From Vicugna vicugna (Eukaryota): DNA of 64,000 bases. Shown piece after piece: positions 1 through 12,325 of this stretch. The stretch covers positions 4,634,793 to 4,698,792 of the forward strand of contig MU058423.1 of NCBI GenBank assembly GCA_013265495.1, given 5' to 3'. Every line of letters begins with the position of its first letter. The first letter of the stretch is position 1. A program made the position numbers and the translations under genes. The notes below the pieces were generated by a model. That model worked only from the letters and a program-made list of their open reading frames with translations. It was not told the origin of the DNA and searched no databases.

Positions 1-400
1 TTAACAAACTGTGATATAGCCAATGCAATGGAAAGCTACTCAACAACCATAAAAATAAAAACAAATTACTAGTGAATAACAATATGGATAGATCTCAAAA
101 GCATTACATGGAGAAAAAAGCCAAGCATAAAAAGTATCTCCCCTATGACTCCAGATGTAATGTAGTTCAAAGATAAAAAATTAGCTTATGATGCTAAAAA
201 TCAGAATAGTGATTGTCTTTGGAGGTGGGGGAATGGCAGAAATGTTGCCTGGAAAGGAAAATTTATGGGCTGATGGAAATATTATTTATCTTGAATGTGG
301 TCATGGTTATATATGTTTGCCAGTATTGAGCTCTGTACTTATGATCTGTGCATTTTATTGTGTAAACCTCATGCTTTAACAAATACTATTAGCATTAAAG
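1..400 (+). mobile_element. Ancient LINE-1 (L1M-type) 3' end fragment
   Basis: L1 3'-end-like text (AACAAACTGTGATATAGCCAATGCAATGGAA...ATGGATAGATCTCAAAAGCATT...AAAATCAGAATAGTGATTG) ending in an A-rich tract; subfamily not resolved. Confidence 0.7.
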
Positions 401-2104
401 ACAAGCAAAGCAAACAAAGAAGTAAGTGGGGCTGAAGAGCTGCCATCTCCTTTAGCCATACTCCCAGACTCTACCTGCATGGCTCCTGCAGTTATCATGT
501 TTGCAACTACTTAAAAAGGTGGGGTTTTGTTGTTGTTGTTTTTGCTGAAAGGAGTACATTTTAGTTTCTTGGAAAACTCAGCTGTTCAGAATAACTAATT
601 ACTTTAAGGTTCTAGACAGATGCAATTTTTAGCTCTTTTTTTTTTTTTGCATGTTTTGCACAATATCGTTTTCCGAACTTGCTTTCCTTTGGGTGTTTCA
701 GTTGGATATCTGTCCTTATACATCAAGTGATTAACTGTTAGCACTCAAAACATTTCAAACATTTCAAATAAATGGAGGCACTGCTTGACACAGCAGGTAG
801 CAAACTTATGGTGAAATAATGAAACTCATTACCCTGAAGAGTACAGGTTCAAAATAATAATAAAAATAGCTGCATGCCAGCAAATAGAATTGTGTATTTC
901 AGATCTTAGATTTTAAATCATAGCTCATAGATCATACATAAGGTTTCCAAAAGAAGCTATGGATGATTTCAAGTGAATGACATGGCGGTCAACCAGTTCT
1001 CTTTCATAATACATTCTTTGTTACTCCCTTCAGGGACTAGATTCTGAGCTGAATGGATTAAATCTCTGACCAAGAATGGGGCTTTAACATTAAAAATCTC
1101 TACCAGAGACTTTATTCTGGTAGAATAAAGATTTTCTTGGTAAAACCATAAATTTTTGTGTTTTTTAAAAATTTAAGTTATGCAAATACACAAATATAGC
1201 CCCCTTATCTGACAAATTCACTTATATTCAGAGCATGTCATTTGAAGCTTGATGAAAGAAGGATCTAGTCAAGGTCAACTATTATACTTGATAACAGGCA
1301 TTAAAAGTAGTTTATGAGCAACACATGTTATTAGTTAATAATGCACGCATAGTTATGTGTTGAGATTAAGCAGTATTTATGTGTGTAAGTATGACTCATT
1401 CTTTTCTTAATGATTTATGAGACAGAATTTTTATCTAACAGACATTTCCAGGTATCTAATCAACCAGAAAGTATTGCATTTTCATTATGAGGCAGAGATG
1501 ATTCAAATTTAATTACAACTCATTGACCTACAGTAGTGTTTTCAACTTTGATTTGCATGGTCATCACCACCAAGCTGAAGATGACCACTAATTAGAAGAA
1601 TTACAAGTCTAAAGATTTAAACATACACTGTAATAGTGAGCTCTGTATGTTTTCCAGGTTTTTTTTCCTTAATGCTTCAAATTTGGAGATGTTACCATGA
1701 AGTCACATTGCTGTCTGGTCATGTATGTCCTCACTTGTGAGTTAACCATGCCTGTGTACATCTGTAGTGTCCCTACACGCTTGGAATGTTTATAGGGGGT
1801 TTCTACCTGACGCTTCTGTTCCCAGGCACCCCTTGCTCAGCACTGCCCACATGGAATAGATTCATCCACCTCAAAGAACATTTTCAAAATTTGTCGGGAT
1901 ACTCACGATGTTTCTAATGTTAGAAAGCTGTATAAACCACTTCTAAGAGCACTGAGGTAGATCCCATGTCAGGATCTGCCATAATATAGCTATGCAACCT
2001 GATTTGAACTTTTAGGTCAATGTAGTTTTTTGTCCTTCTTGTTCACATTTAAATGGGTATGGTAAGTGCTACTTCCTATACCTGCCTCATTTGTTCAGCA
2101 GTAA

Positions 2105-2242
2105 ACAGTGTAATCCACTTTGGTTGCACATAATGAACACCTGGGAAACATTTAAGAAGTATCAGTATCTGTACCTGAGACATTGACAGTACTGAAATCT
2201 CCACAAGTGATTCCACTGTGCAGTCAAGACTGAGGAATAATG
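2105..2242. mobile_element. MER5-like hAT non-autonomous DNA transposon fragment
   Basis: CTTTGGTTGCACATAATGAACACCTGGGAAACATTT...CAAGTGATTCCACTGTGCAGTCAAGACTGAGGAA resembles MER5A/B ends. Confidence 0.5.
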
Positions 2243-4089
2243 ATGTTGAAAGAAATCATTGAAAAGCCTTCTGAATTGTTAAATTATCTTTAAATATTTA
2301 AGCGTTTTTATCAAGTCAGCTCTAAATCTCTCTCTTCCAGATTATCTATCCAGAGTTTCTCCCTGACAGGCAGTTATTTTTGTGCCCCTGTGTCCAAAAG
2401 GGATCCAGTTCTACATAGCATTTATGTCATTACCATCATACATGGTCGTTTTCTTAAGAATCTGTCTCCTACCACATCTGAAACATCCCTAAGAAGTTCA
2501 TGCCTATTACCTCCTCAAATGGGGCTCAAAACTCATTTCTTCCCACTCTGTTGTACACACTCAAGTGTTCCATTTTCCCCCCAAAACAAGGAATCAATTA
2601 AAACATCAAATTATCATTATTCATCGCTTTGTCATTACCTAGCTGTCTCATGTGTGCAAGTTTTCCTCTTCTTAAAATGGTAAGCTCCTTGAAGGGGTCA
2701 CCATGTCTCATGACGTGTTTTAGTTTTCTTTTTCATATATTGTCTTCAGGGTATTTTTTTTTCATGATTGAATTTGAACCATGGAAGAAATATTTTATTT
2801 GAAAAATATCATATACACACTTAACAATGATTTCCCTTAAAAAATTCATGGCAATATGGGCACTTGTGATGATTTCTATTCTTTTTTTTTTCTTAAGACC
2901 ACCAGCCACTGTGGGCAGTGACTTTTTCCTTTAGTATAGCCAAGTTGAATCTGTGGCCAAGTGGTAAAAAATTTGAGGGAAATTTGTTACTTATAGAAGG
3001 AATCTTTCTGTTATGGCCACCAAGTAGAAGAACAAATAAAGGTGGGCAAAGACAAGCACTCTAAGGTTTCTTGTTACAATACAAAATTCTAAAAAATAAA
3101 AAGGAAAAGTTAGTTTTCCTCTCTCTATGAGACCCAGACTGTACATAAGTCTTGATGTGTTAAAAAATTTCTGGGACTCTGGGTATTCAGAGACGTGATG
3201 GATGGATCACCTCTTAGGATCTTCAATCCTCCATCATTAGGGCTGAATGAAGGGTTTTTCTGAAGAGGTGATGATACAGCTAGTATCTAACCCAAACATG
3301 CAAATTTGAAGAAGTGCTATGCTTATGCCTGCATTGTGATAATATGGGTTGAAAGAGATAAGGGTGGCATGTTTCTCTGGCTTCACCTTGGCAGACATAA
3401 GTGCCCCAGAAGTGTGTGTGCTAATTCAGACATTAGACAGACAAATCAGCTTGGATATTTGACAGCTTCACTGCAGCTGACTGCAGATATCTATCTTTAA
3501 AAAGAAGCCCTTGGGATTTTACAAGGAAAACACATTGTAGACTGGATTGTAATGCGAGAAAACTACGTGTATTAGTGACTGACAGTTGTAGGTTTCTGTC
3601 ATCTTCAAGAAGGAAAGATGTCTGGTAACAAAGGAGCTCATCCATAAATCTGCATATGATGGGGCAGATGTTCTGGTAAAATTCTGTACGGATGGAAGCA
3701 TTTCAGCACGTGGCAGACAGAAGTTCTCCTTCTGACTCCTCTGAAACAGAGTTCCTGTCTCCTAGGGCTTCAGAATTTTGCGTACTATTTCAAAAATTGA
3801 TCACATGCTGTGACTACAAAGATAATGCAATTAACAGACATCATCAAAATGCCTTGTTGGTGAATCTGCATCAAGCCATTTACACCTGTTCACTGAGTTT
3901 TCCCTGTAATCAAAAGCAGGCACTTCTGAAATGGCTGTTTGGAATTACAGTTAACATCTGGAGTGGAAAAAGGGAGTGACTAACTCACCTGCATGATACC
4001 AGAGACATTTTAACTTCTTTTTATCTTTGAATGCCAAACTTATTTGAATGAATGGGGTCTATTTATTGCCTCCATTTCCTGCCATCGAA

Positions 4090-4918
4090 TGATTTATTTC
4101 ATCACCCCAGTAAGATTGCTCATTGAAATAAAATGGCTTCAGATGACCTCTTCATTGTTAAATTCAACAGTCCTTTCTTTGTCCTCATTTTTCTGCATAT
4201 TTTGGTACATTTAACACATTTGACCACTTCCTTTATCACAATACTCTCCCTCTGGCATTTAAGACAATACTATGTCTTGAAATTTGTACTTTCTGTTTCC
4301 TATTCTGCTTTATTTTCTCTCTTCTCTAGAAGATCTAAGGATGTGATAGTTTTGTCCGCCTTTTCTCTGATCTCTTCACATCTTCTTCAAATATTTTATC
4401 CATTGACATCTCCAATCATCACTATTAAGAAACCAGAAAAGAAAGAAAGTCACAAACCTCCCATGGAATTTATCTGTTGAATTTTCACTTGAATATTTGA
4501 ATGCGTATAAAATAAAAACAGGATCTCATCTGAACTTCCACATTGTCACAATCAGTTAGTTTCCACTTCTTACGATTTTTTTCTTCACAGTCTTTGTCAG
4601 ATCTTTCTTTCTCTTCTCACTGCCTCTAATCTAATCCTGAATCTATTCCTATAATTTTTGAGTCCTTGCAATAGCATTCCAGAAGAAAAGTCTGGTCCCT
4701 GCATGCTTTCATTTCTCTGATTATGATTATCTAATTAATATTTCTAAAATATAAATTGTATCACATTATGTCACTGTTCAGAACTATCAGTAGCTTTCCT
4801 TAGCTCAGTGTGAGCTCCATGAAGATAGGGATTTTATTCATCTTACGTATTATTATAACCTCAGTTATAGGTGCTTGTCTGGTAAATATGAGGTTTTCAG
4901 TAATTTGTTGAATGAATA
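4090..4918 (+). mobile_element. LINE-2 fragment including 3' end
   Basis: ATGACCTCTTCATTGTTAAATTCAACAGTCC...TTTGACCACTTCC resembles the L2 RT region; ends TTTGTTGAATGAATAA like the L2 tail. Confidence 0.65.
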
Positions 4919-5167
4919 ATAAAAAAGCCACTCTAAATGTAGCCTGAATTCAATATTTTTCACAATTTGACACCAATCTACTTTTTTAAACTTTTCTTTA
5001 CTCTTTTTTGTGAATCCCAAGTTCCAGATAGGTTAAACTGCTTCTTATTTCTGCCTTCTAAATCTTGTTCTACTTAAAATTCTAAAGTCTGATTTCCTTC
5101 CTTAATCCCATCTGAAAACTGCAGCATGTATATATTTTCCACTCATTGAAGACTTTCACTCTTTCAC

Positions 5168-5350
5168 CCTGCCAGGCACTTTGCTGTGTGTTTTCCGTAG
5201 GTTACTGTTCCCCTTTCACAACCACTCTGTGAGGTAGGTATCATGTTCTCCTATTTTACAACTAAACGGTGGTTTCGAGAAGTGAAGTCGCATAGCAGTT
5301 AAATGGCAGAGCTGAGATTTGAGGCTTGAGTGGTCCAACCCCAGAGCCTA
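5168..5350 (-). mobile_element. MIR SINE
   Basis: GCCAGGCACTTTGCT...CTCTGTGAGGTAGGTATCATGTTCTCCTATTTTACA...AAATGGCAGAGCTGAGATTTGA, the antisense MIR core. Confidence 0.75.
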
Positions 5351-6569
5351 GACTCCCCATTCCCAGGGCTTTCACAGTCCCGACATTCTCCTCCGAACTC
5401 TTGGCATGTGTGGTCTGTATTGGTTATTTGGCGCCATTCCTGTTTCCTTGTGGGATTGTTTAATGTGTCATGTGCGTTAACCTTATCTCCCAAGTGCAGA
5501 GACCTTCCCTCTCACCCTCACCATTCATAGAGCCGAATAGGGATGTGAGCAATAATTACTGAAGTGTCATTATCACCTCATGGGAATTTCTTTTGGATCA
5601 GAACGCACACGATGGGCCTGGTGAACGGACAACTGAATAGGCATTACCTGTTCAGAGCTTTATACTCACATGAGCATTAAATCCACTTAGGAAAAAAAAT
5701 ATTTTCAGAACTGCAGTAGATATAAAATAAGAACACCTATTTATGTAAATAATAAAAATAAATGTCAGGCATGCCCTGTTCCTACTCATTTAAGTCATTT
5801 TAATGATACATGAAATATAAAAGGAGATTTTGTTAAAGGTCTCTAAGGAGAAAAGGGTAACACCACTTTATAAAGAAACACGATCATGCTGGGGCAAACT
5901 TGAAAGGAGGTGGCATTTATACAAAATGCAATTTACTTTGACAGTAATTTTCTGAATTTCCCTGGTTATTATTGAAGATACATGTGTGTTTGAGAAAGAA
6001 CGCTCCCTCTTCCCTCTCGAGCCAGCTGCTCTGTTGGATCCTGCAGTGAAGTCACCATCCTGCGTTAATGACTTCACAGTTTGTTCCCAGAGGAAAAAAA
6101 GTTATTGTGATGTCACAAATTAGTCATTTTGACTTCACCACAGGGTCAGGTAGGGGGAGAAAATAGGTTGTAAAGGATAAAATCTTTCAGGCAGAAACTT
6201 TTTTTTTCCCTCTTTGTAACAAGAAATAGGTGGTGTTAGGACGAGCACTTAAAATCAAGTAGAGGAAAGGGTACATGACTGTAAAGGTTCACAGGTATCA
6301 CGTTAGAAATGAGCCACCTGAAATTCTCTTACTCTTAATGATTCCAGGATAATGTTTTCCCTCTACATCCAGGCCGCTCTTTCCCTTCACTTTTCTCTAT
6401 ACGCCATCAAGTTTCTGGTTTCAAAGTGGAGACTTTCCTGGAATTGCAGTTTTTTTCAACCTCAAATTCTTTGAGGAATCACAACAGTATACTCTCTCTT
6501 TGCATCACTACCAAAGAGCTACATTGTCCCAGCATTTTCAAATTAATGCATGTGAACTTCAGTTTAAGA

Positions 6570-8560
6570 TAGCAGGGTTGAGGTGATTCTATTCTTTTTT
6601 CTTTCTCAAATCCATCAAAATGACTAGAAATTTTTAAAAAGAGAAAAAGAACTTTTAGGTAAAATGAAACAAAGAAATGGCTAAAATTTCCAACTACAAG
6701 CTATTCACACACCCACCAAATGATAGAAAGTCTGGGCCTAAACAGGGCAGGATGCTGAGCGCCAACATGTGCCTTCTTGAACATTGATGAATATCGATTT
6801 TTTTTTCCCCCGAAAGTAAATGTTACAATCCAGAAAGGCATAGCTGATGATTCTCTGATTCAAGATGACAAGATCCAGGGGGTACAGTGGCTGCAGAAGA
6901 GCACTGAACCTCCCTGCGGAATGTGTTTAATAGCACAGAATGGCAGGGGAGGTGGCACTGAAGGGGAAACTAAACTGACGCTCACCATTACTATTGACCG
7001 CAGCCTAGTGGTCTTCCCAAGCGGAGTGCCGGAGGTGAAGCCGGGAGCGGAGGCAGCCGCGCAGGGACACGGCGTGACAGGGTTTTCTGTGAGTCACAGT
7101 GACTACTTGGGCACAGAGGGGAGTCATGCGCTCGGGACAAAGGAAATAACTGATTTGGTGTCAGAGTCTTTGAGACCACAAATTTCCGTCTAGCCTTTGA
7201 ACTCACCTATCATATTGCTCATTCTCCCCAGTCCTCCTGTACATTATTTTTTAGCAGGTAGACTTGAGTAAAACTTACAAACCAACAAGTAAACCATGAG
7301 AAGGAGGGGGAAATGGACATAAGCAAATGGTAGCAAAGTAAACATGTATTGTAAGAATTCTTACCTAAAAACAGACAAGAAGAATTTAAATAAATAACTT
7401 CTATTCTCAAAGAGGTAAAAAAATATATTATTACATGATATAATAATATAATATTACATATTACATATAATTTATATAAATTATATTATATTTTATGTAT
7501 ATATTTATTTTATACATATATGTATTATATATTATATATGGGCACAAATAAGAGAATCTATATAATAGAAGAAAGTTAAGCAAGCTGTTAGTCCTCAGAA
7601 AAGAAATGCAAGGAACAGATAAAACACGATAGATGTGAAGCTATATTATTAGGCAATATAAAATATAATAAAAGTGACTTAAGGCACAAAGATATAATGG
7701 GTATAACGGGGGAAAACACAGAATTAAATGGAAAATAACAAAGTTACAAAAATAGTGATAAATAAGATAATAGAGAATGCAGAAGATACCTAACTCATGC
7801 ATGTTTAGTGTTCCTGAGGAAGAGGCCATGATGCAAAAAGCTTTCGAATGTATATTAAGAAAAAAATCCCTGAAAATAGAGAGGCTTTTATTTACAGCAC
7901 AAAAAGGTAATTTGTGTCTTTGGAAAAGGTAGTACAGAATTATTGATGGCAAACTTGATGAAGTTACTGAATTTCAATATCAAAGAAATAATCATATAAA
8001 CAACTTGGAAGAAAATAAATTAAAAATCAGACTGTTCTCAAACTTTTAGAAGAGAACACAAGACCAGAAGACAATATATATGCTGTTAAAAGTTTTGAGA
8101 AAAAGATGTTGTGGCCCAAGATATTATACCCAGTAGAATTGTCCTTTCAGTGTAAAAGGCAACAGACAGGCTACTACCGTATGCATGGCAGAACTTAGGG
8201 AATGGAGAAATTTTTTTGAAAAACTACTGGCTGGATCTTGCCAGACAGAAGATGAATCAAGATGAACTTGAAGAACACAGAAACATGTCAAAAAAAAAAG
8301 TAAGTTCTGAATCAGCTAAGATATAATCATGACCAATACTCATAGCTGAAGGGCAGAATTTAAATGCTATCAAGTAGACAATGGAGAAAAATGAACAAAA
8401 AATATGAAAGGTATAGGAAAGAGGTTGGGGAAATGTCTAAAACCAATTTATTCATCCATCATGAAGGAAAGTCAATATATTGGTGTAAATTTGAAATTTG
8501 TAATTAAAAAATATGAGATTATAACCTTTTAAACTTTTTTTCCCATTTTTGTTAAAATAA
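6570..8560 (+). mobile_element. Ancient HAL1/L1M-like element, 5' region plus decayed ORF1
   Basis: GTGTTCCTGAGGAAGAG near 7808 (VPEEE, as in ORF1 IGVPEEE) and CCAAGATATTATACCCAGTAGAATTGTCCTTT near 8116 (resembles PRILYPAKLSF). No ORF2 follows, which is consistent with HAL1. Boundaries are approximate. Confidence 0.5.
7420..7520. repeat. AT-rich low-complexity (TA)n-like tract
   Basis: About 100 bp of almost only A and T. Confidence 0.9.
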
Positions 8561-9084
8561 GCAAGTTAGGAACTAATACTTCTTTCTTGAAGAAACTTAC
8601 ATAAATTTTAGCATTTTGTTCTTGTTTCTTTTTCTTTTCTTAAATTCAAATAAAAGTTTATATTTGTATTAAAACAGCTTGTATGATGTGATTCCATCCC
8701 TCCAAAAATTATTACTTAAAGCGCTTAAGTCTATCTATACCTGGCTGCCTAGGAATCTGACCATATAGGTCTCCTTGGATAACAAGTTCTCTAGCATCCA
8801 GCTGTCATTCCATGTATTCTTGTTCAATCTTCCATCTATGTAAGAACAGAAAGAGATGCCTGAAATTGATTTTACCTAAAGTTAATGGTGATCATTTGTG
8901 CTTCAGAAGTCTCCCTCCTTTTTAAAACTCATCCTCCCTTGGTTTCAGCCTCATTGTTCTGTTCCTCCTTGGGCTGCTTTTCTATGTCTTCATTTCTAGA
9001 CTCCAGATTCACCTCTAGCTGTTTTTCCTAAATGGAAAATTTCACTAAGACTCAGCCTGGGTTCTCGGCTTTTCTTTTCTTTTT

Positions 9085-10165
9085 AAATTTTTAAACACTT
9101 TTATTGTGCTATGGTTCCTGTACAGTAAACTACACATATTTCAAATGTACACTTTGATGAATTTTGATAGATTTATACACCCATGAAACCACTACCACCA
9201 TCAAGATAGCTAACACTTCCATCACTCCCCAAGAGGTGCAGTTTTTGAATTCCCAATTTATCCCTTCCCATACCCTTTACCCCCTGGTAACCATAAGTTT
9301 GTTCTCTATGTCTATGAGAGTAAATTTTAGCATTTTGTTCTTGTTTCAACAAACCATAAGTTTGTTCTCTATGTCTATGAGATTGCTTCTATTTTGTGGA
9401 TAAGTTTGTGTCCTTTTTCTAAGATTCCACATATAAGTGATATCATACTGTATTTTTCTTTCTCTTTCTGGCTTATTCACTTAGAATTATGATCTCCAGG
9501 TCCATCCATGTTGCTGCAAATTGCATTATTTTATTCTTTTTTATGGTTGAGTATTATTCCAGTGTATATATATCTTCTTTATCCAGTCATCTGCTGATGG
9601 ACATTTCGGTTGTTTCCTTGTCTTGGCTATTGTATATAGTGCTGCTATGAACATTGGGGTGCATGTGTCTTTTTGAATTACATTTTTCTCTGGATATATG
9701 CCCAGAAGTGGGATTGTTGGATCATATGGTAAGTCTATTTTTAGTTTTTTAAGGAACCTACATACTGTCCTCAATAGTGACTGCACCAATTTACATTCCC
9801 ACCAGCAGTGTAGGAGGGTTCCTTTTTCTCCACACTCTCTTCAGCAGTTATCGTTTGAAGACTTTTTAATGATGGCCATTCAGACTGGTGTGAGGTGATA
9901 CCTCATTATAGTTTTGATCTGCATTTCTCTAACAATTAGTGATGTTGAGCATCTTTTCATGTGCTTGCTGGCCATCTGTCTTATTTAGAGAGATCTCTCT
10001 TTAAGTCTTCTGCCCATTTTTTGATTGGGTTGCTTGTTTTTTGATATTAAGGTGTTTGAGCTGTTTGTATATTTTGGATATTAGTCCCTTGTTGGTAACA
10101 TCATTTGCAAATATTTTCTCCCATTCTGTAGGTCATCTTTTTGTTTTGTTGGTGGTATCCTTCTT
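9085..10165 (-). mobile_element. LINE-1 3' region (older 3' end about 9085-9235, adjoining a younger ORF2 C-terminus/3'UTR)
   Basis: The minus-strand ORF 9541-9789 gives [23 protein letters not shown]...DTCTPMFIAALYTIAKTRKQPKCPS, the canonical L1 ORF2 C-terminus. Confidence 0.92.
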
Positions 10166-10479
10166 GGCTTTTCCCTCTGCTTTTCTCTTCTCACTGAAGC
10201 CTTTCCAGAGCAATGACTCTCATCCTGGAGATGAAGACCTAATCCATTTCTCCAGCCCCGTCCTCTCTTCTGAGCCCTAGTTTTCCTCTGCAGATGCTTG
10301 AAACTTGTCCTTTTAAGTTTCTCCATCCTCCCAAATTCAAGTTAATTAAAACTGGCTTATTGTTTCCTTAAAAACAAACAACACACACATCAAACTAACA
10401 AGAACAAGAGCATCAAAAGCTTATTCTTCCTTTCTAAAAGTTGTTTTTATTAAAGTCTTAACTGCCAAATGTTTCAAAT

Positions 10480-11520
10480 GGAGCTGCCTGTATTAACACT
10501 CTGGTTTCTCACCTCCCACTCACTTTTTGTCCAACAGTAGTTTGGCTTTTATTCCTTCTCCTCTTCCTAAACTACTCTCATCAAGGCCACCAATGCCTTT
10601 CACATAATTAAATCCCAAAGATGTTTTTTAGGCTTCAGCTTGTTTGTCCAGTAAGCAACTTTCAATCATGTTAACCGCTTCCAGGAAAAGACAACCCCTT
10701 TCTCAGTTCTCTCAGACCACATCTTCATCTTTTTTTCCTAACAGTCAACTTCTTAGTCTCCTGGGCCAGCACATCCTCCTCTACTCCACTTATGAACATT
10801 GCAGATTTCCAGGCTTGCTCTAAGCCTTGTAAGCCTCTTACTGTAAATATCCTTTCTAATGATTTTCATCCATATTTATGACTCATCTGTTTGCTAGGGA
10901 CTTCTGGATTTAGATCTGCAGCCTAGACTGTACCTCTGAATGTCAGACCCACATTTTCTACCTTCTGATTTAACATTTCTAATTGGATGTCTCAAAGGAG
11001 CATCAAACTCAACTTGTCCAGATATGAACTTATAATTTCCCCTTCCAAACCTGGGCTCATTGTTCAATTTCTTAGGAATACTCTTTCCATCATTTGCCTA
11101 GTTAACATCACTTCCTCAGAGAAACCTCCTTGGACTACCCCAGCTCACCCAGGGATCCTTGTGATCCATACTCATAGCTTTCTCCATTTCCCTTTATATG
11201 CCCTGTCAGAGTTCACAATTATATGTTTGTTATTTGATTATGATTAATATATTGGTTACTTGATTAATGTCAATCTTCATCTCAAACGTGTGGATGTATA
11301 TGTATATGTAAGATTATGTGTATAATATATACATATATAATATGTATATATGTCCATATATTTAGACTGTTTATTTATACAAACATATAACTAATAGATT
11401 TATTTATTGGTTATTTCATATCTATCTATCTTTGTCTGAAGATTGCAAGCTCCACTGAACTCCCATGGACTTTCACAGTGTATGGCAACTAGTGTACCCT
11501 GAATAAGTATTTGTTAAAAG
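10480..11520 (+). mobile_element. LINE-2 fragment
   Basis: CTCTCATCAAGGCCACCAATGCC, TTGGATGTCTCAAAGGAGCATCAAACTCAACTTGTCCA and a terminal AATAAGTATTTGTTAAAAGAAT. Confidence 0.75.
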
Positions 11521-11569
11521 AATCCACTTATTAAAATAAATTAGTGGTAGAGCATTTTCTCTGGCATCT

Positions 11570-12325
11570 AACCTTTAAGTCATGACATCTCTGTTTTTTC
11601 CTTCAACCTCACACTATATATCCAGCCATTATAAAGTGCCTTTGAAATAAAACATCTCTCCTGGTCCTTTTCTTCCTATTTATGTTGCTACCATACTGGT
11701 CTAGGTCCTAATCACTTTGTGTTTAATCTACTGCAAGTCAAACTTTGGACCCTGTTCCTCTAATCCATTCTTTATAATACTATGAGATTTAACATCTAAG
11801 AATCATGCTTTGTGCCTGGTATTCTCTCATTCAAAAATTTTTCAACACTTCTAGTTAATTACCAAATAAACGTCCACATTTCTTAGCTTGGATATAGCTC
11901 AATACTCCCTGGGACATGTAGGCTCTATCCTCATTGTCCTTTTAGAGTAGTTTGTACAGTGTAGTACCTTTGATGCCACTGTTCCTCTTCCTGGAATCCA
12001 GTGTCCCCTCTCTCCCACCACAACCGCAGTACATATGCACACACTACTCCATACTTAATGAAATTATACTCAGACATCAAAGCCAGCCTTCTGTGAAATT
12101 TTCCTCAATTACTCAGCTAAAAATATTCTCTCCCTCCTATGACACTTAGTGTCTGTACCACACAATACAAGATATTACATTATGATTTTTTCAAAAGCTT
12201 GTGTGTATGTGTGAGTCTTGTAGCCTGCCAATTAGATTTTAAGTTCCCTCAGGGTAGAAGATGTCATCTACTTTATTTCCTAGTGCCCAGAATCACAGTA
12301 GGTGACAACACACTTTGTGTTGATT
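11570..12325 (+). mobile_element. LINE-2 fragment (more diverged)
   Basis: CTCTAATCCATTCTTTATAATACT...TTAGATTTTAAGTTCCCTCAGGGTAGA...CCTAGTGCCCAGAATCACAGTAGG resembles the L2 3' end. Confidence 0.55.

Noticed and set aside
6777..7193. 138-aa ORF spanning the CpG-rich patch
   Set aside because: TTG start, lies within L1/HAL1-like sequence, no recognisable domain or exon boundaries.
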